A stretch of DNA of 64,000 bases, taken from a virus. Positions 37,222-46,707 of this stretch are shown here, piece by piece. The stretch is from the IMG/VR virus record IMGVR_UViG_3300045541_000163; one strand, written 5' to 3'. Both the position numbers and the translations under genes were made by a program. Below the pieces are notes generated by a model. It searched no databases and was not told the origin of the DNA. It worked only from the letters and a program-made list of their open reading frames with translations. Position 1 is the first letter of the stretch. Each line of letters opens with the position of its first letter.

Positions 37222-37650
37222 CTAAATTTTATTAATTATATGGGAGCCGTGAACTCTAAGATTGATGATATTATTGTAGTAGTCAGGGGATTCTAGTACA
37301 CGCCTGTTGAATTGTTCTCTTGCTTCGAGGTATGAGCAAACAGCCTTGCTGGAGCCGTAGTAGAGTATTTCACGGATGAATTTATCGGGACCTAAGGCTG
37401 CAACGTCCTTTTTTAGTTCTTCGCTGCTGCCCCAATATTCTTGCCAATCGCTGTCTATCTTAGTTTTAATCTTTTTTCGTTTCTTAGTGCCGTTTTTGAG
37501 TTTTACAGTTTTGTAAGTAGTTTTACTAAATTTCGATAGTTTTTTGCCAATATACATGCGGCCTGTGACTGTGTTAGTGATGCAATAAACATATCCAACA
37601 CAGTCCTCAGGCAATTGTTCTACAACTTGACCTTCGAACAGCCATGTCAT
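37222..37650 (-). CDS. Minimal (single-domain) GIY-YIG-family nuclease-like protein
   Basis: GYVYCITN...MYIGKK...YWGSS...LEA..Q...YYN motifs; no C-terminal DNA-binding extension. Confidence 0.82.
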   Translation of the reverse strand: MTWLFEGQVVEQLPEDCVGYVYCITNTVTGRMYIGKKLSKFSKTTYKTVKLKNGTKKRKKIKTKIDSDWQEYWGSSEELKKDVAALGPDKFIREILYYGSSKAVCSYLEAREQFNRRVLESPDYYNNIINLRVHGSHIINKI

Positions 37651-37850
37651 TTAACTGACAATGCGGCCTTTTCTTCGGTGATTTCTTTGCGTCGAGCTTT
37701 GACTAGTTTAGCGACTTCTTGTAGTGCCTTACGAGCACGACCAGCAGCAGCCTTTACTTTTTTGGTTGTGAACTTTTCGTTTTCTTCAACGTAGATTTGA
37801 AACTGTTTTACTAGTTCTTCTTGGGTATTTACTTGTACTTGTTCTGTCAT
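37647..37850 (-). CDS. Histone H1-like (Hc1-type) small basic protein
   Basis: KAAAGRARKALQEVAKLVKARRKEI resembles the KAAGxRARK core of bacterial Hc1-like proteins (recognised from memory). Confidence 0.65.
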   Translation of the reverse strand: MTEQVQVNTQEELVKQFQIYVEENEKFTTKKVKAAAGRARKALQEVAKLVKARRKEITEEKAALSVK

Positions 37851-37851
37851 T

Positions 37852-39627
37852 TTATGCCTCTACCATTTCTATATCGGTGTTAAAAGTTGTAAAGCCGTTT
37901 TCCTTAACAACTTGTAGTATGTTATTTACTCTGCCAACCAGTTCATCTCGGTGGCTAATTAAGAAGATATTTTTCCGATTCTCGCGGCTCATCTTCTTTA
38001 ACAAGCCCAATGCGCTGTCAACACCATTGGCGTCCATGCCCGAATCAATCATTTCATCGATGAATAGTAAATTGACTGGACGGTTTAGACTTTCGTAGAC
38101 ATCTCTGAATGCCCACGATAAGCCCAAAATAAGTCTATTGCGTTCGCCTCGACTCAAGTTATCAAAGTCAAATTCCTGCCCCAACTGAGTAATATCAACT
38201 TCCAAGTCACTGCGGAATTTAACTTCATGGGGCAAAGCTAATCGTTCTAAGTAATGTGCTAGTCTGTGATTGAGATAACTCAAGTTTTGTTCAATGATAC
38301 GCTTGCGGATAAACGAATCCTTGCTGGTCAATAGTTTAAGCAAGAACTCCTGATGTTCATTAAGTTTGGTTAAACTATTGATCGTTTCAAAATTAATTTC
38401 TTCTAATGCTGTGGTTTTGAGATGCTCAATCTGTTCAACATAAGGATCTAGTTCTAAACTACGACGTTCGTACTGATCCTGTGCAGTTTCCAGTGTGCTC
38501 TTATGATTGACGGCATCATCAATATTATCATACTTGACTTTGGGACAACTGCCAAGTTTGCCTTTGGCTGCAATCAGTTCAGTTACTTTGGCTAAAAGTT
38601 TTTCTTCTTTGGTGATTTCTTTTTCGATAGTAGAAACTGCACCACGCAGTTCAACCATCATTTCTTCTTGCTTGGCATCGTGAATGTCTTGTCCGCAAGC
38701 ATGACACTTGTGTTCTTCAGCTTTAGAAAACGCACCTTTTAGTTCAGCCAAATTAGCATTTAATCGCTTGACTGTGCTTTGATGATTGGCTAAGTCTTTA
38801 TTAAGTTGCTTGAGTTCTTTTTCATTAGCTCGCCATTGAACTACTAGTTTGTGGTTTTCTAGTTCTTGTGCAATGTCAATGTTTAGCAGTTCATTTATGG
38901 CCGCGTCAAGTTTCTCAAGATCGTCTCTCTGCTTGGCCTGCCAAAGACGACTACGACGTTCGAGATCTTCAATAGATGTTTTAATTTTATTGTTTGCATC
39001 TGTAACTGCCTTTATACGATATTCTTCTTCTTTGATAGCATCCTTGGTATTCTTAATTAGATCTTTAAGTAAGTCTGCTTTTTCACTGAGCTGAGTAATA
39101 CCAAGAAGTTGTTCAATGATATTTCGCTGATCATTGGCCTTAAGGCTAAGGAAAGGTTCGGTATAGGTATTAAGAGCACAGATATGCTTGAACATATCAT
39201 GACTCATACCAAGAAGACGTTCAATTTCTTCCTGAGTTTCTCGATTCTCACCCTGTTGCTCTTCAGTTTCCCCTTGCTCTAGTTCTCTATCATCCACAAT
39301 GAACTTGAGCACATTGGGTTTGCGACCCCGTTCGATTCTATAGCTATGGCCGTTGGCTTCCAGTTCACAGGTAACCAACATGTTCTTGCCGTTGGTCTTA
39401 TTGATCAAGTTGTCCTTGCGAATGTTAGTAAGAGCACCGCCGTACAAGACATAACTTAATGCGTTAACAATAGTAGTCTTACCAGTGCCGTTTCTGGATC
39501 CATCACCGCCGAGGTCGAGGTTGTTACCAAGGACTAAGGTCAAACCATGCTGGTCAAACCTTAGTGCTTGTGTAACATTGCCTACAGAGAGAAAGTTTCT
39601 AACTGTGAGATTTTTAATCTTAATCAT
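37852..39627 (-). CDS. gp46: Recombination ATPase subunit (T4 gp46 / SbcC / Rad50)
   Basis: Walker A NGTGKT, CHAC zinc hook, LSRGE signature, LLFIDE Walker B, ISH. Confidence 0.95.
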   Translation of the reverse strand: MIKIKNLTVRNFLSVGNVTQALRFDQHGLTLVLGNNLDLGGDGSRNGTGKTTIVNALSYVLYGGALTNIRKDNLINKTNGKNMLVTCELEANGHSYRIERGRKPNVLKFIVDDRELEQGETEEQQGENRETQEEIERLLGMSHDMFKHICALNTYTEPFLSLKANDQRNIIEQLLGITQLSEKADLLKDLIKNTKDAIKEEEYRIKAVTDANNKIKTSIEDLERRSRLWQAKQRDDLEKLDAAINELLNIDIAQELENHKLVVQWRANEKELKQLNKDLANHQSTVKRLNANLAELKGAFSKAEEHKCHACGQDIHDAKQEEMMVELRGAVSTIEKEITKEEKLLAKVTELIAAKGKLGSCPKVKYDNIDDAVNHKSTLETAQDQYERRSLELDPYVEQIEHLKTTALEEINFETINSLTKLNEHQEFLLKLLTSKDSFIRKRIIEQNLSYLNHRLAHYLERLALPHEVKFRSDLEVDITQLGQEFDFDNLSRGERNRLILGLSWAFRDVYESLNRPVNLLFIDEMIDSGMDANGVDSALGLLKKMSRENRKNIFLISHRDELVGRVNNILQVVKENGFTTFNTDIEMVEA

Positions 39628-39636
39628 GAAAGTCTA

Positions 39637-40656
39637 TTATACATGTAAGCCATTGTAAATGTCAATGAGTACCTGACGATCTACTACATCACTTTCGATA
39701 GCATTAAGCTGTCCAACTACAATTTGATCCACTGATTCGAAGTGTATGTCGCCGCTCCAATCCTGTGTGTGTTCTTCACGCTTGGCAGGAATCAAACTGA
39801 TTTCACGCAGGTTATAAGTTTCTTGCCAGTTTTCTTTAAGAAATGTGGCTTCTTCAAAACTAATATCAGCATCACATGTCACACGCAAGAATGTATTCTT
39901 GTTCATGTAACGATCCGGATCTTCAATCAGCTTGGTCAAGTCAATGGTCTTGAAACTAGGAGCATCAGGCCACGCAACATATTCGGGCTTACTGCCCCAT
40001 TCTAAAATCATCATGCCTCGGTCATCGTCCCACGCATCGGCGTAGTTATGCGGAAAAGCATTGCCAATATATTGAACATTGCCTCGCTGTTGACGCAAAT
40101 GGAAGTGGCCGCTGAAAACATATTCTTGATTGGGAAAGTGTTCACTGTTAAGTCCGCCGTGATCGGGCATTTCAACCATGGCATTCATCTTAAAGCTGGG
40201 CAGCTCAAAGTGACCAAACACATAACGACTGTCTAGACGCTTCATACTGGTCCATTCGTCGCCTACTAGCCACGGCACTAAACTGACATCTCCTTCAGTA
40301 TGAACTTCGTTGACCAAAACAACATTTTTCTGATTCTTGATAAATGGAACGCTGTTCAAGTCACGCTTCTCTCTATAATAGAGATCGTGGTTACCAGGAA
40401 TAAAAAAGAAACGCTCAAAGTGTCGGCTGATATAATCAATAGCATCCACAGTATAGTTCAATGTGCTGACGTTAACAGTGGCACGATGATGGTGCCAGTC
40501 GCCCATAAAGATAGCAGTGTCGCAGTCGCGCTGCTTGGCAACTTCGCAGAACCATTTAACAAAATTCATGCAGTCGTCATTATGGGCTTTGCTGTTTTGC
40601 CGCATACCAAAATGTATGTCGGTGAATACGGCCGCCCGTTTAAATAGTTGACTCAT
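39637..40656 (-). CDS. gp47: Recombination nuclease subunit (T4 gp47 / SbcD / Mre11)
   Basis: TDIHFG, GDWHH, PGNHD, GHFE, SGHFH phosphoesterase motifs. Confidence 0.95.
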   Translation of the reverse strand: MSQLFKRAAVFTDIHFGMRQNSKAHNDDCMNFVKWFCEVAKQRDCDTAIFMGDWHHHRATVNVSTLNYTVDAIDYISRHFERFFFIPGNHDLYYREKRDLNSVPFIKNQKNVVLVNEVHTEGDVSLVPWLVGDEWTSMKRLDSRYVFGHFELPSFKMNAMVEMPDHGGLNSEHFPNQEYVFSGHFHLRQQRGNVQYIGNAFPHNYADAWDDDRGMMILEWGSKPEYVAWPDAPSFKTIDLTKLIEDPDRYMNKNTFLRVTCDADISFEEATFLKENWQETYNLREISLIPAKREEHTQDWSGDIHFESVDQIVVGQLNAIESDVVDRQVLIDIYNGLHV

Positions 40657-41116
40657 ACACAGTTCCTTTTAGTAAATGTTTCTTTTTTTCCTTGGTTTGA
40701 TTTAATTGCATTCTTCGATTCATTGCTACTTTTTTCTTGCCTTGTTGTTCTAACATCATTATTTCTGCTAATAATCTTTTTTCTTTTTGATTTATAACTT
40801 TTAATATTTGTTTTTGTTTTTTAGTTAATTCTTTTGGTTGTTGGCTAATCAACTGTGCCTGTTCTGATTGTTTTTTAGCTAAGGCTTCTTTGGCTAGCCT
40901 TTTTTGTCTTTGAGCTTCAGTTTCGTGTCGTCGAAGAAGTCTATTAACATTTTTATCGCCAATTTTAGCCCATTCTCCAATTAAATCATGTAGTTCTTGT
41001 TGTATTTTTTTATCAGCCGGCGACTCTAAACTATCTAAATTTCGATCTTTAGTTCTGGTAACTGCAACTTTTTGCTTACCAGATAGTTGATGATCGACAA
41101 TCTTCTGTCGCGACAT
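40640..41116 (-). CDS. Lys/Gln-rich basic coiled-coil protein, hypothetical
   Basis: Fills the gp55-gp47 gap exactly; low complexity; no clear RBS. Confidence 0.55.
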   Translation of the reverse strand: MSRQKIVDHQLSGKQKVAVTRTKDRNLDSLESPADKKIQQELHDLIGEWAKIGDKNVNRLLRRHETEAQRQKRLAKEALAKKQSEQAQLISQQPKELTKKQKQILKVINQKEKRLLAEIMMLEQQGKKKVAMNRRMQLNQTKEKKKHLLKGTVYESTI

Positions 41117-41121
41117 AAAAA

Positions 41122-41979
41122 TTATAATTCTTCTTTAAGATTAGAGATTCGTTCACGTTCGTCACGCATCATAGCTTCGTGCTCGAACTGACGAGTAAAG
41201 CTGGGGTTGCTGCCAATCTCGATTAAGAGATCGTCTCGTATCATTTGATTTTTCTTCTCAATATTAAGGATACGAGTGAAACTGTTATCAATGGCAGCAG
41301 TATAATACGCAAAAGGATTTTGACTCTTAGATTCATCAAACTGTAGGCCAATCTGAGATAATTGTAGCAATGCTTGACTACGCATTTCGTCGACGTAAGT
41401 GTAACCGCGCCAGTTAAATCTCATGCTGTACCGTTCCACAAGCATCATGAAACTCTTGGCTAACTTGTTGGTCATTGATCCTTCAAGGCTGAACTCGCCT
41501 GTTTCTATATCACCTTTCCAATGACTTTTGCCTACACAAATCAACCGATCCTCGCTGTCGACGTTTTCAAACTTAAAGTGTTGATATGGCGGAAAGTTGA
41601 CTTTGCTATGATGATCGCCGCGACTCTTGGGAGTCTTTTTACGACCCGGTTCCAAGGGAATATGATCATGAGTCATAATACGGAATACTACATCTGTTTT
41701 GGCTACTTTTTTGTAGTCAATTTCAACATCGGCCAGACGAGTTTTTGGATTAATTTTTTGTGCTTCTGCCAAAGCCTGCTGACTGAGTTTCAGGGCTCTG
41801 TTGCGTTTAGCTTCGGCTATGGTTCTAATGTTGATTTTACTCAAATCACTAAGGATCAAATCGTAGTCGCCGTATTCGGGTTTGATATAACTACTGTATC
41901 TGTTTTTGCTAAGATGTATTTCTTTTAGCAGTTCCTTATTTGTTAAGTATTGTTTTGCTTGTGGATTTGCGGTTGTCAT
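41122..41979 (-). CDS. gp55: Late transcription sigma factor (T4 gp55-like); probable start at the second Met (41979)
   Basis: YLTNKELL, NWRGYTYVDEM, QFDESKSQNPFAYYT motifs; many TAAATA boxes in the window. Confidence 0.88.
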   Translation of the reverse strand: MTTANPQAKQYLTNKELLKEIHLSKNRYSSYIKPEYGDYDLILSDLSKINIRTIAEAKRNRALKLSQQALAEAQKINPKTRLADVEIDYKKVAKTDVVFRIMTHDHIPLEPGRKKTPKSRGDHHSKVNFPPYQHFKFENVDSEDRLICVGKSHWKGDIETGEFSLEGSMTNKLAKSFMMLVERYSMRFNWRGYTYVDEMRSQALLQLSQIGLQFDESKSQNPFAYYTAAIDNSFTRILNIEKKNQMIRDDLLIEIGSNPSFTRQFEHEAMMRDERERISNLKEEL

Positions 41980-41985
41980 GGTCAT

Positions 41986-42015
41986 AGTTTAGCAGTTCTA
42001 CTGTCAAAAAGTCAA
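41986..42015 (-). promoter_or_regulatory. sigma70-type promoter TTGACT-18-(TGC)TAAACT for gp55
   Basis: -35 at 42015-42010; extended -10 at 41991-41986; 6 nt to ATG 41979. Confidence 0.68.
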
Positions 42016-42049
42016 GACTTTTTGGTATTAAAATACTAGATTATTTTAC

Positions 42050-42057
42050 GATAAATA
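42050..42057 (+). promoter_or_regulatory. Late promoter GATAAATA, 5 nt before the ATG
   Basis: GATAAATA-CCAGT-ATG(42063), with no SD. Confidence 0.75.
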
Positions 42058-42062
42058 CCAGT

Positions 42063-42725
42063 ATGAGTGTATTCCTTCGACCCAAGAATCCTGTTGGCAA
42101 TTTAGTAAGATTGGACTTTCCATATACGCCGCAGATTGACTATAGCACCGATGTCAAGTATGACACGTATAATACCACGCATACTAATTATCAGTTATAT
42201 GGTTATACTAGAACCGAAAATCCGCAGATAAATTTGAACTGTAAATTCAGTGCTCATACTAGCCAACATTTTGATTTGAGTTTATTTGCCATTAGATTTT
42301 TACGAACATACTCAAAAATGAATTACGGTCGATTGGATGATCAGCGCGGAATACCTCCCAGAATATTAAGATTTTTTGCCTACGGCGAACAAATGTTCAG
42401 CGACGTTCCTGTAGTAATCAGTAAATTCAATATAACATTTCCTGATGATGTTGATTATGTTAAAGGCATAGTTAGCACAGATGGAAAACTAGCTGCAACA
42501 GAATCGGTGCGTCGATCTGATGTGCCCACAAACGTAGGCCCAGTTCAGGCCGCACAAAATGCACAGCAGTCTTCAACTCAACTACAACAATCAGATATCT
42601 ATTTGCCAGCATTTTTTCAGATTAGCATAAGTTTAATGGTTCAGCAAAATCTCTATAAAGCAGTTAATGAATTCAAGCTCGAAGATCTTGCGCTGGGTAA
42701 ATTAGGCAGTAAGGGATATATCTAA
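42063..42725 (+). CDS. Baseplate tail-tube initiator-like protein (gp48/gp54-like)
   Basis: FPYTPQI...PPRILRFFAYG...VPVVISKFNITFPDDVDY; first gene of the hub operon. Confidence 0.6.
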   Translation: MSVFLRPKNPVGNLVRLDFPYTPQIDYSTDVKYDTYNTTHTNYQLYGYTRTENPQINLNCKFSAHTSQHFDLSLFAIRFLRTYSKMNYGRLDDQRGIPPRILRFFAYGEQMFSDVPVVISKFNITFPDDVDYVKGIVSTDGKLAATESVRRSDVPTNVGPVQAAQNAQQSSTQLQQSDIYLPAFFQISISLMVQQNLYKAVNEFKLEDLALGKLGSKGYI

Positions 42726-43049
42726 ATGTTAGGAATAAAGAATAACGCAAACTACTACGATCAACGTAGTTTCCTTAAAGATGCTGAATTTAAAAACTTT
42801 CACTTAGGTGTTAATTCTCTTCCGGAGATTTCACTTGAAGTGGGCGATTTTGTTCAAGTTCCTTCCGAGTGTGAAAATCGCATGGATCTTTTTAGCTATC
42901 AACAATACGGATCAAGTAGACTATGGTGGGTCATAGCATTAGCTAATGCTGACGTCATTAAAGATCCAATTTGGGATTTTAAATCTGGAATGACAGTGTT
43001 TGTGCCTAAGAACAGTGCTTTAATTGAACAACTTGTCGGGGCAAGATAA
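42726..43049 (+). CDS. gp53: Baseplate wedge protein, LysM-like (T4 gp53-like)
   Basis: RMDLFSYQQYGSSRLWWVIALAN motif. Confidence 0.82.
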   Translation: MLGIKNNANYYDQRSFLKDAEFKNFHLGVNSLPEISLEVGDFVQVPSECENRMDLFSYQQYGSSRLWWVIALANADVIKDPIWDFKSGMTVFVPKNSALIEQLVGAR

Positions 43050-43717
43050 TGCCAAGAGAATCCAGTAATTTTGGTCGCCGGATTCATCCTGTAACGGGCC
43101 AAGTGGGTCAACATAGTGGTGTAGATTATCCTTCGCCAATTGGTTCGCCTGTTTATGTTAGCAAGCCCATGACAGTGGAATTTATTGGCGAAAAGTCGGG
43201 TTACGGAAAAGTTATCGAAACTAAAGATGCAGCAGGAGTCAAATATGTGTTTGCACATATGGACGGATTTCCACCTAACTTAAAAGCTGGAGATTCTTTA
43301 AGCACAGGATCTGTTGCAGGATATACTGGGAATACCGGTATGTCTAGTGGTCCGCATTTACACTATGAAGTGAGGATGTTCGATCCCACAACTGGAAGAT
43401 ATAAAGCTTATGATCCAGTAACAACTATAGATCCTACTACAGGAAAACCTTATATTAACAACGCATCCTTTAGTCCTGGACGCACTCCTAACAACAGTTC
43501 TTTAAGAAGTTCTACTCCCACAAAAGATCCTGGTTACAAACCAAACGGTAAAGAATCCGACAGAACAATGGATCGTGAAGTTCGTAGCTTGCAAAATCGT
43601 CGCCCTGGGCCTACTGACACTGGTGACGAAACTGAAAGATTATTAAGAAGAAAACCTGCGCAGGCCAATGTTCATGTAAACCCAGTACTGAAACTGGGTG
43701 ATGAATTAATTGACTAA
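43049..43717 (+). CDS. M23-family peptidase
   Basis: HSGVD (HxxxD) and SSGPHLHYEV (HxH) zinc ligands intact. Confidence 0.92.
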   Translation: MPRESSNFGRRIHPVTGQVGQHSGVDYPSPIGSPVYVSKPMTVEFIGEKSGYGKVIETKDAAGVKYVFAHMDGFPPNLKAGDSLSTGSVAGYTGNTGMSSGPHLHYEVRMFDPTTGRYKAYDPVTTIDPTTGKPYINNASFSPGRTPNNSSLRSSTPTKDPGYKPNGKESDRTMDREVRSLQNRRPGPTDTGDETERLLRRKPAQANVHVNPVLKLGDELID

Positions 43718-43726
43718 TTACTATTA

Positions 43727-46705
43727 ATGGCACATACCTACAATACTCGATTAACAATAGTTCATCCTAAAAATGCAAACATGCTGGATCCTAGGATGGG
43801 CCTGGTCATTGCCGAATCTGCTGCTACTGGTAGATTTATCATTGGTGATATATCATGGGAAAGTTCTGTTGGTCCTAATGCCGATACCACAGTGGCCTAT
43901 CATGCCACCGGAGAATTAAAAATATTTGAACCCTTGGGCATGTCTTTGTTTGATTATATCAAAGCAGCCGCTTATAGGATTGGTGTTGATAATCACTTAG
44001 ATGCCAGATTCTTGCTAGAAATTGAAATTGTAGCAGAAAAAATGAAAGAAGCAGGTACTGGGTTTAAGTATATTTGGCCTATAATGTTTTTGGCTACTGA
44101 AGTTAAAAGTTCAGTAACTGAACGCGGTACCGAGTATATTGTTCGCTTTGTTCATTTGCCTTATCATACCCAAACTGATTTAGTGCAGCCAGTTAAAGAA
44201 ACTATTACTGTCACTGCGCCAAACCTTAAGGAGTATTTTAAAAAATTACAAGTTGAATTAGAAACAAGAGAATTTAAGTATGCGCTTGCAAGACAAAAAG
44301 CAGGCGGTACTAAATCTCCCGGCGGCGATAATCCTGCATCTAGTGATCCTTATCATGACGAGTATCATTTTATTTTAGATCCTAGAATTGAAAATTTTAA
44401 ATTTACAACTAAAGGGTCTTCGGATCGTGCTATCCAAGGTGGATTTTTAAATCGTTTTCGATCACAAAAAATTTGGGACATATCTATTAGACCTGGAACA
44501 ACAATTATTCAGCAAATTAATAAAATATTAAAAAGCACCGAGGATATATCAAATTTACTTCCAGGTAAAAAGACACCACAAACGTCTGATGCCGCAGGTA
44601 GTAGCCAGGCTAGTTCTGATAATTTGTTAAATCAATTAGGATCAGTGTATCAATTTTTTAGAATTGAAACTCATTGTGTTTATAAAGAATTTGATTACAT
44701 ACGCAGTCGCTATGCAGCAAAGTATATATTCTTTATTTTTCTAGCTGATCAACCAAACATGTATCATTATCCTGATGAACTAAATTTGCTGAATCAACTA
44801 AAAAATAAAGACAAAGCACTGACTAAGCTCAAATATTATATACAAGAAGGTCTCTTAAGAAAACTCTATTATCATAATTATACTGGTTTAAATACAGACA
44901 TTCTTAAAGTTGATTTAAATTTTAATCAAGCATATTTCTTACCTAGCTTCCCAGTAATATGGATGGATCGTGGCTATACTGGTCCGGGTTTACAAGGACC
45001 GCAAAATAATTCCGACACAGTTAATCCTTATGTTCATGCCGACGATCTTGGCCCAGCCCGACGCCAAATTAGTTTGTTAAGGCAGCAAGCTGGTGCAATT
45101 AACGTTGAACTTCTAGATATCATCAAAAGCTCAGGCGGAGAAGATATACTAAATCGTCCACCGGGCTTGGGTGTCAGTGAAGGCAGTAAAAAATTAAATG
45201 AGCGTAAGCAGAGATATAAAGAATTAAAGCTCTTAGAAGAAAAAGTCAAAAAAGAGTTAGCTAATAAAGAAAAAGAATTAGCCACAAAAGAACAATCCCG
45301 TGCTGTAAATTTAAACACAGTTAACAACCGTAAACAGTTGTTAGATAATCTTAAAGGTCAATATATTGAAGATTTAAACGGCGAAAGCTTTAAACGATTA
45401 TTAGAAAATTATATTGCAGCCGACTATCCTAATATCAGACCAAGAATGGAAGCTGATGACATTTTAAGTCAAGTTGATGATCCGAAAACAGAAAACGAGC
45501 GACTGATGGAAAAGATATTTGCTGTCCAGGTTGCTCCTCGTGACATCGTTGAATTAGATTTGGAAATCATTGGTGATCCGTATTGGCTAGGTGCTCCGAA
45601 CTTTTTATTGCAAGGAAAAAAGCATTTAGAAAAAATAGAATTTACTCCAGATAACGACAAGCGAGTTCGCGATAAAATCAATGAAGTAATGCCTAAACTA
45701 GATCCAGGCTGGACAGAAAGAAATCCAGTCTGGGGACAAGACTACAATATTTCACAGCACTACAAAGGTGCTCCTTTATTCTATTTTCTTTCACAAATTC
45801 CCGACAGCGAATTTACCGAAGACGACATGATTAAATTTAATTCTAATGATCAGATCGTTGGGATTTATATGGTAAAGAAAGTTGTCAATGACTTTAAAGA
45901 AGGCAAGTGGACACAAAAAATTGTCAGCGTTCGTGATGTAACTATTCCCAGTTATATACTGCCAAGAACAGTAAACGGCCAGCTGTCCTTTGAAGAATAT
46001 ATGAAAGATGTATCAGCATCTTCAGAGAAAGCCAAGGATACTATCGCCGAACTTCGCCGAACAAATGAAGCAGAGCGTGCAGCTAACGCAGCAGGAAATA
46101 AAATAACCAGCACAAATCCTCCTGGTACTAATGCTTCGCCGGCTATGGCCAAGGCGTTAGAGGCTAAGAATAATTTGGCAGATCAACGTCAGGATATACC
46201 TGTAGTTAGAAATCCTGTTGACAGGGCCAACGAATTAGTAAATTCAGGCCTCAGTCGGGATCAAGCATATTCACAAGCTAAGAAAGAATATGTCGAACAG
46301 CTAAATGCCAAGAACAAAATTCTAGAAGAAATTAATAAAAAGGCCTATGCTGAAAGTGGAGTTGGTAATTACAAACCATACAGCGCCGATACAATGACAC
46401 AGCTTGCCATAACAAGAAGTGGTGCAGGCGGATTGGATGCTTGGAAATCTGGCAAGGCCGAAAATGTAGGTTCATCAATTTATAACAATCCGGCTGGCAC
46501 AGGCTATGATAAGAGTAACAATTCTTATTATAGATATAAGTCCTTTGACGAAGGTATAGATGCCAGCAACGATTATTACAATTATGCATCGAATGTAAAG
46601 TCTAAGAATAAACAAGATGCAGAAAGATTATTACTGCCCAAAGACTTTAAAGGCAATGAGATTGAATATTTGAATAAGAAATTAAAATCAGGTGGGGGCG
46701 GCTGA
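43727..46705 (+). CDS. Baseplate hub-like protein (992 aa) with a C-terminal glucosaminidase-like segment
   Basis: Lies between the gp53-like and gp5-like genes; LEIIGDPYWL and GIYMVKKVVNDFKEGKWTQ hub-type motifs. Confidence 0.6.
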   Translation: MAHTYNTRLTIVHPKNANMLDPRMGLVIAESAATGRFIIGDISWESSVGPNADTTVAYHATGELKIFEPLGMSLFDYIKAAAYRIGVDNHLDARFLLEIEIVAEKMKEAGTGFKYIWPIMFLATEVKSSVTERGTEYIVRFVHLPYHTQTDLVQPVKETITVTAPNLKEYFKKLQVELETREFKYALARQKAGGTKSPGGDNPASSDPYHDEYHFILDPRIENFKFTTKGSSDRAIQGGFLNRFRSQKIWDISIRPGTTIIQQINKILKSTEDISNLLPGKKTPQTSDAAGSSQASSDNLLNQLGSVYQFFRIETHCVYKEFDYIRSRYAAKYIFFIFLADQPNMYHYPDELNLLNQLKNKDKALTKLKYYIQEGLLRKLYYHNYTGLNTDILKVDLNFNQAYFLPSFPVIWMDRGYTGPGLQGPQNNSDTVNPYVHADDLGPARRQISLLRQQAGAINVELLDIIKSSGGEDILNRPPGLGVSEGSKKLNERKQRYKELKLLEEKVKKELANKEKELATKEQSRAVNLNTVNNRKQLLDNLKGQYIEDLNGESFKRLLENYIAADYPNIRPRMEADDILSQVDDPKTENERLMEKIFAVQVAPRDIVELDLEIIGDPYWLGAPNFLLQGKKHLEKIEFTPDNDKRVRDKINEVMPKLDPGWTERNPVWGQDYNISQHYKGAPLFYFLSQIPDSEFTEDDMIKFNSNDQIVGIYMVKKVVNDFKEGKWTQKIVSVRDVTIPSYILPRTVNGQLSFEEYMKDVSASSEKAKDTIAELRRTNEAERAANAAGNKITSTNPPGTNASPAMAKALEAKNNLADQRQDIPVVRNPVDRANELVNSGLSRDQAYSQAKKEYVEQLNAKNKILEEINKKAYAESGVGNYKPYSADTMTQLAITRSGAGGLDAWKSGKAENVGSSIYNNPAGTGYDKSNNSYYRYKSFDEGIDASNDYYNYASNVKSKNKQDAERLLLPKDFKGNEIEYLNKKLKSGGGG

Positions 46706-46707
46706 CC

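Noticed and set aside
36981-37235. 84-aa plus-strand ORF in the structured region
   Set aside because: No RBS or promoter, atypical composition, overlaps the GIY-YIG stop; better explained as a chance ORF in GC-richer non-coding sequence.
37852-39627. Inteins or introns in gp46, portal, capsid or ligase
   Set aside because: Lengths and motif spacing are normal; no C...HN junctions or LAGLIDADG blocks seen.
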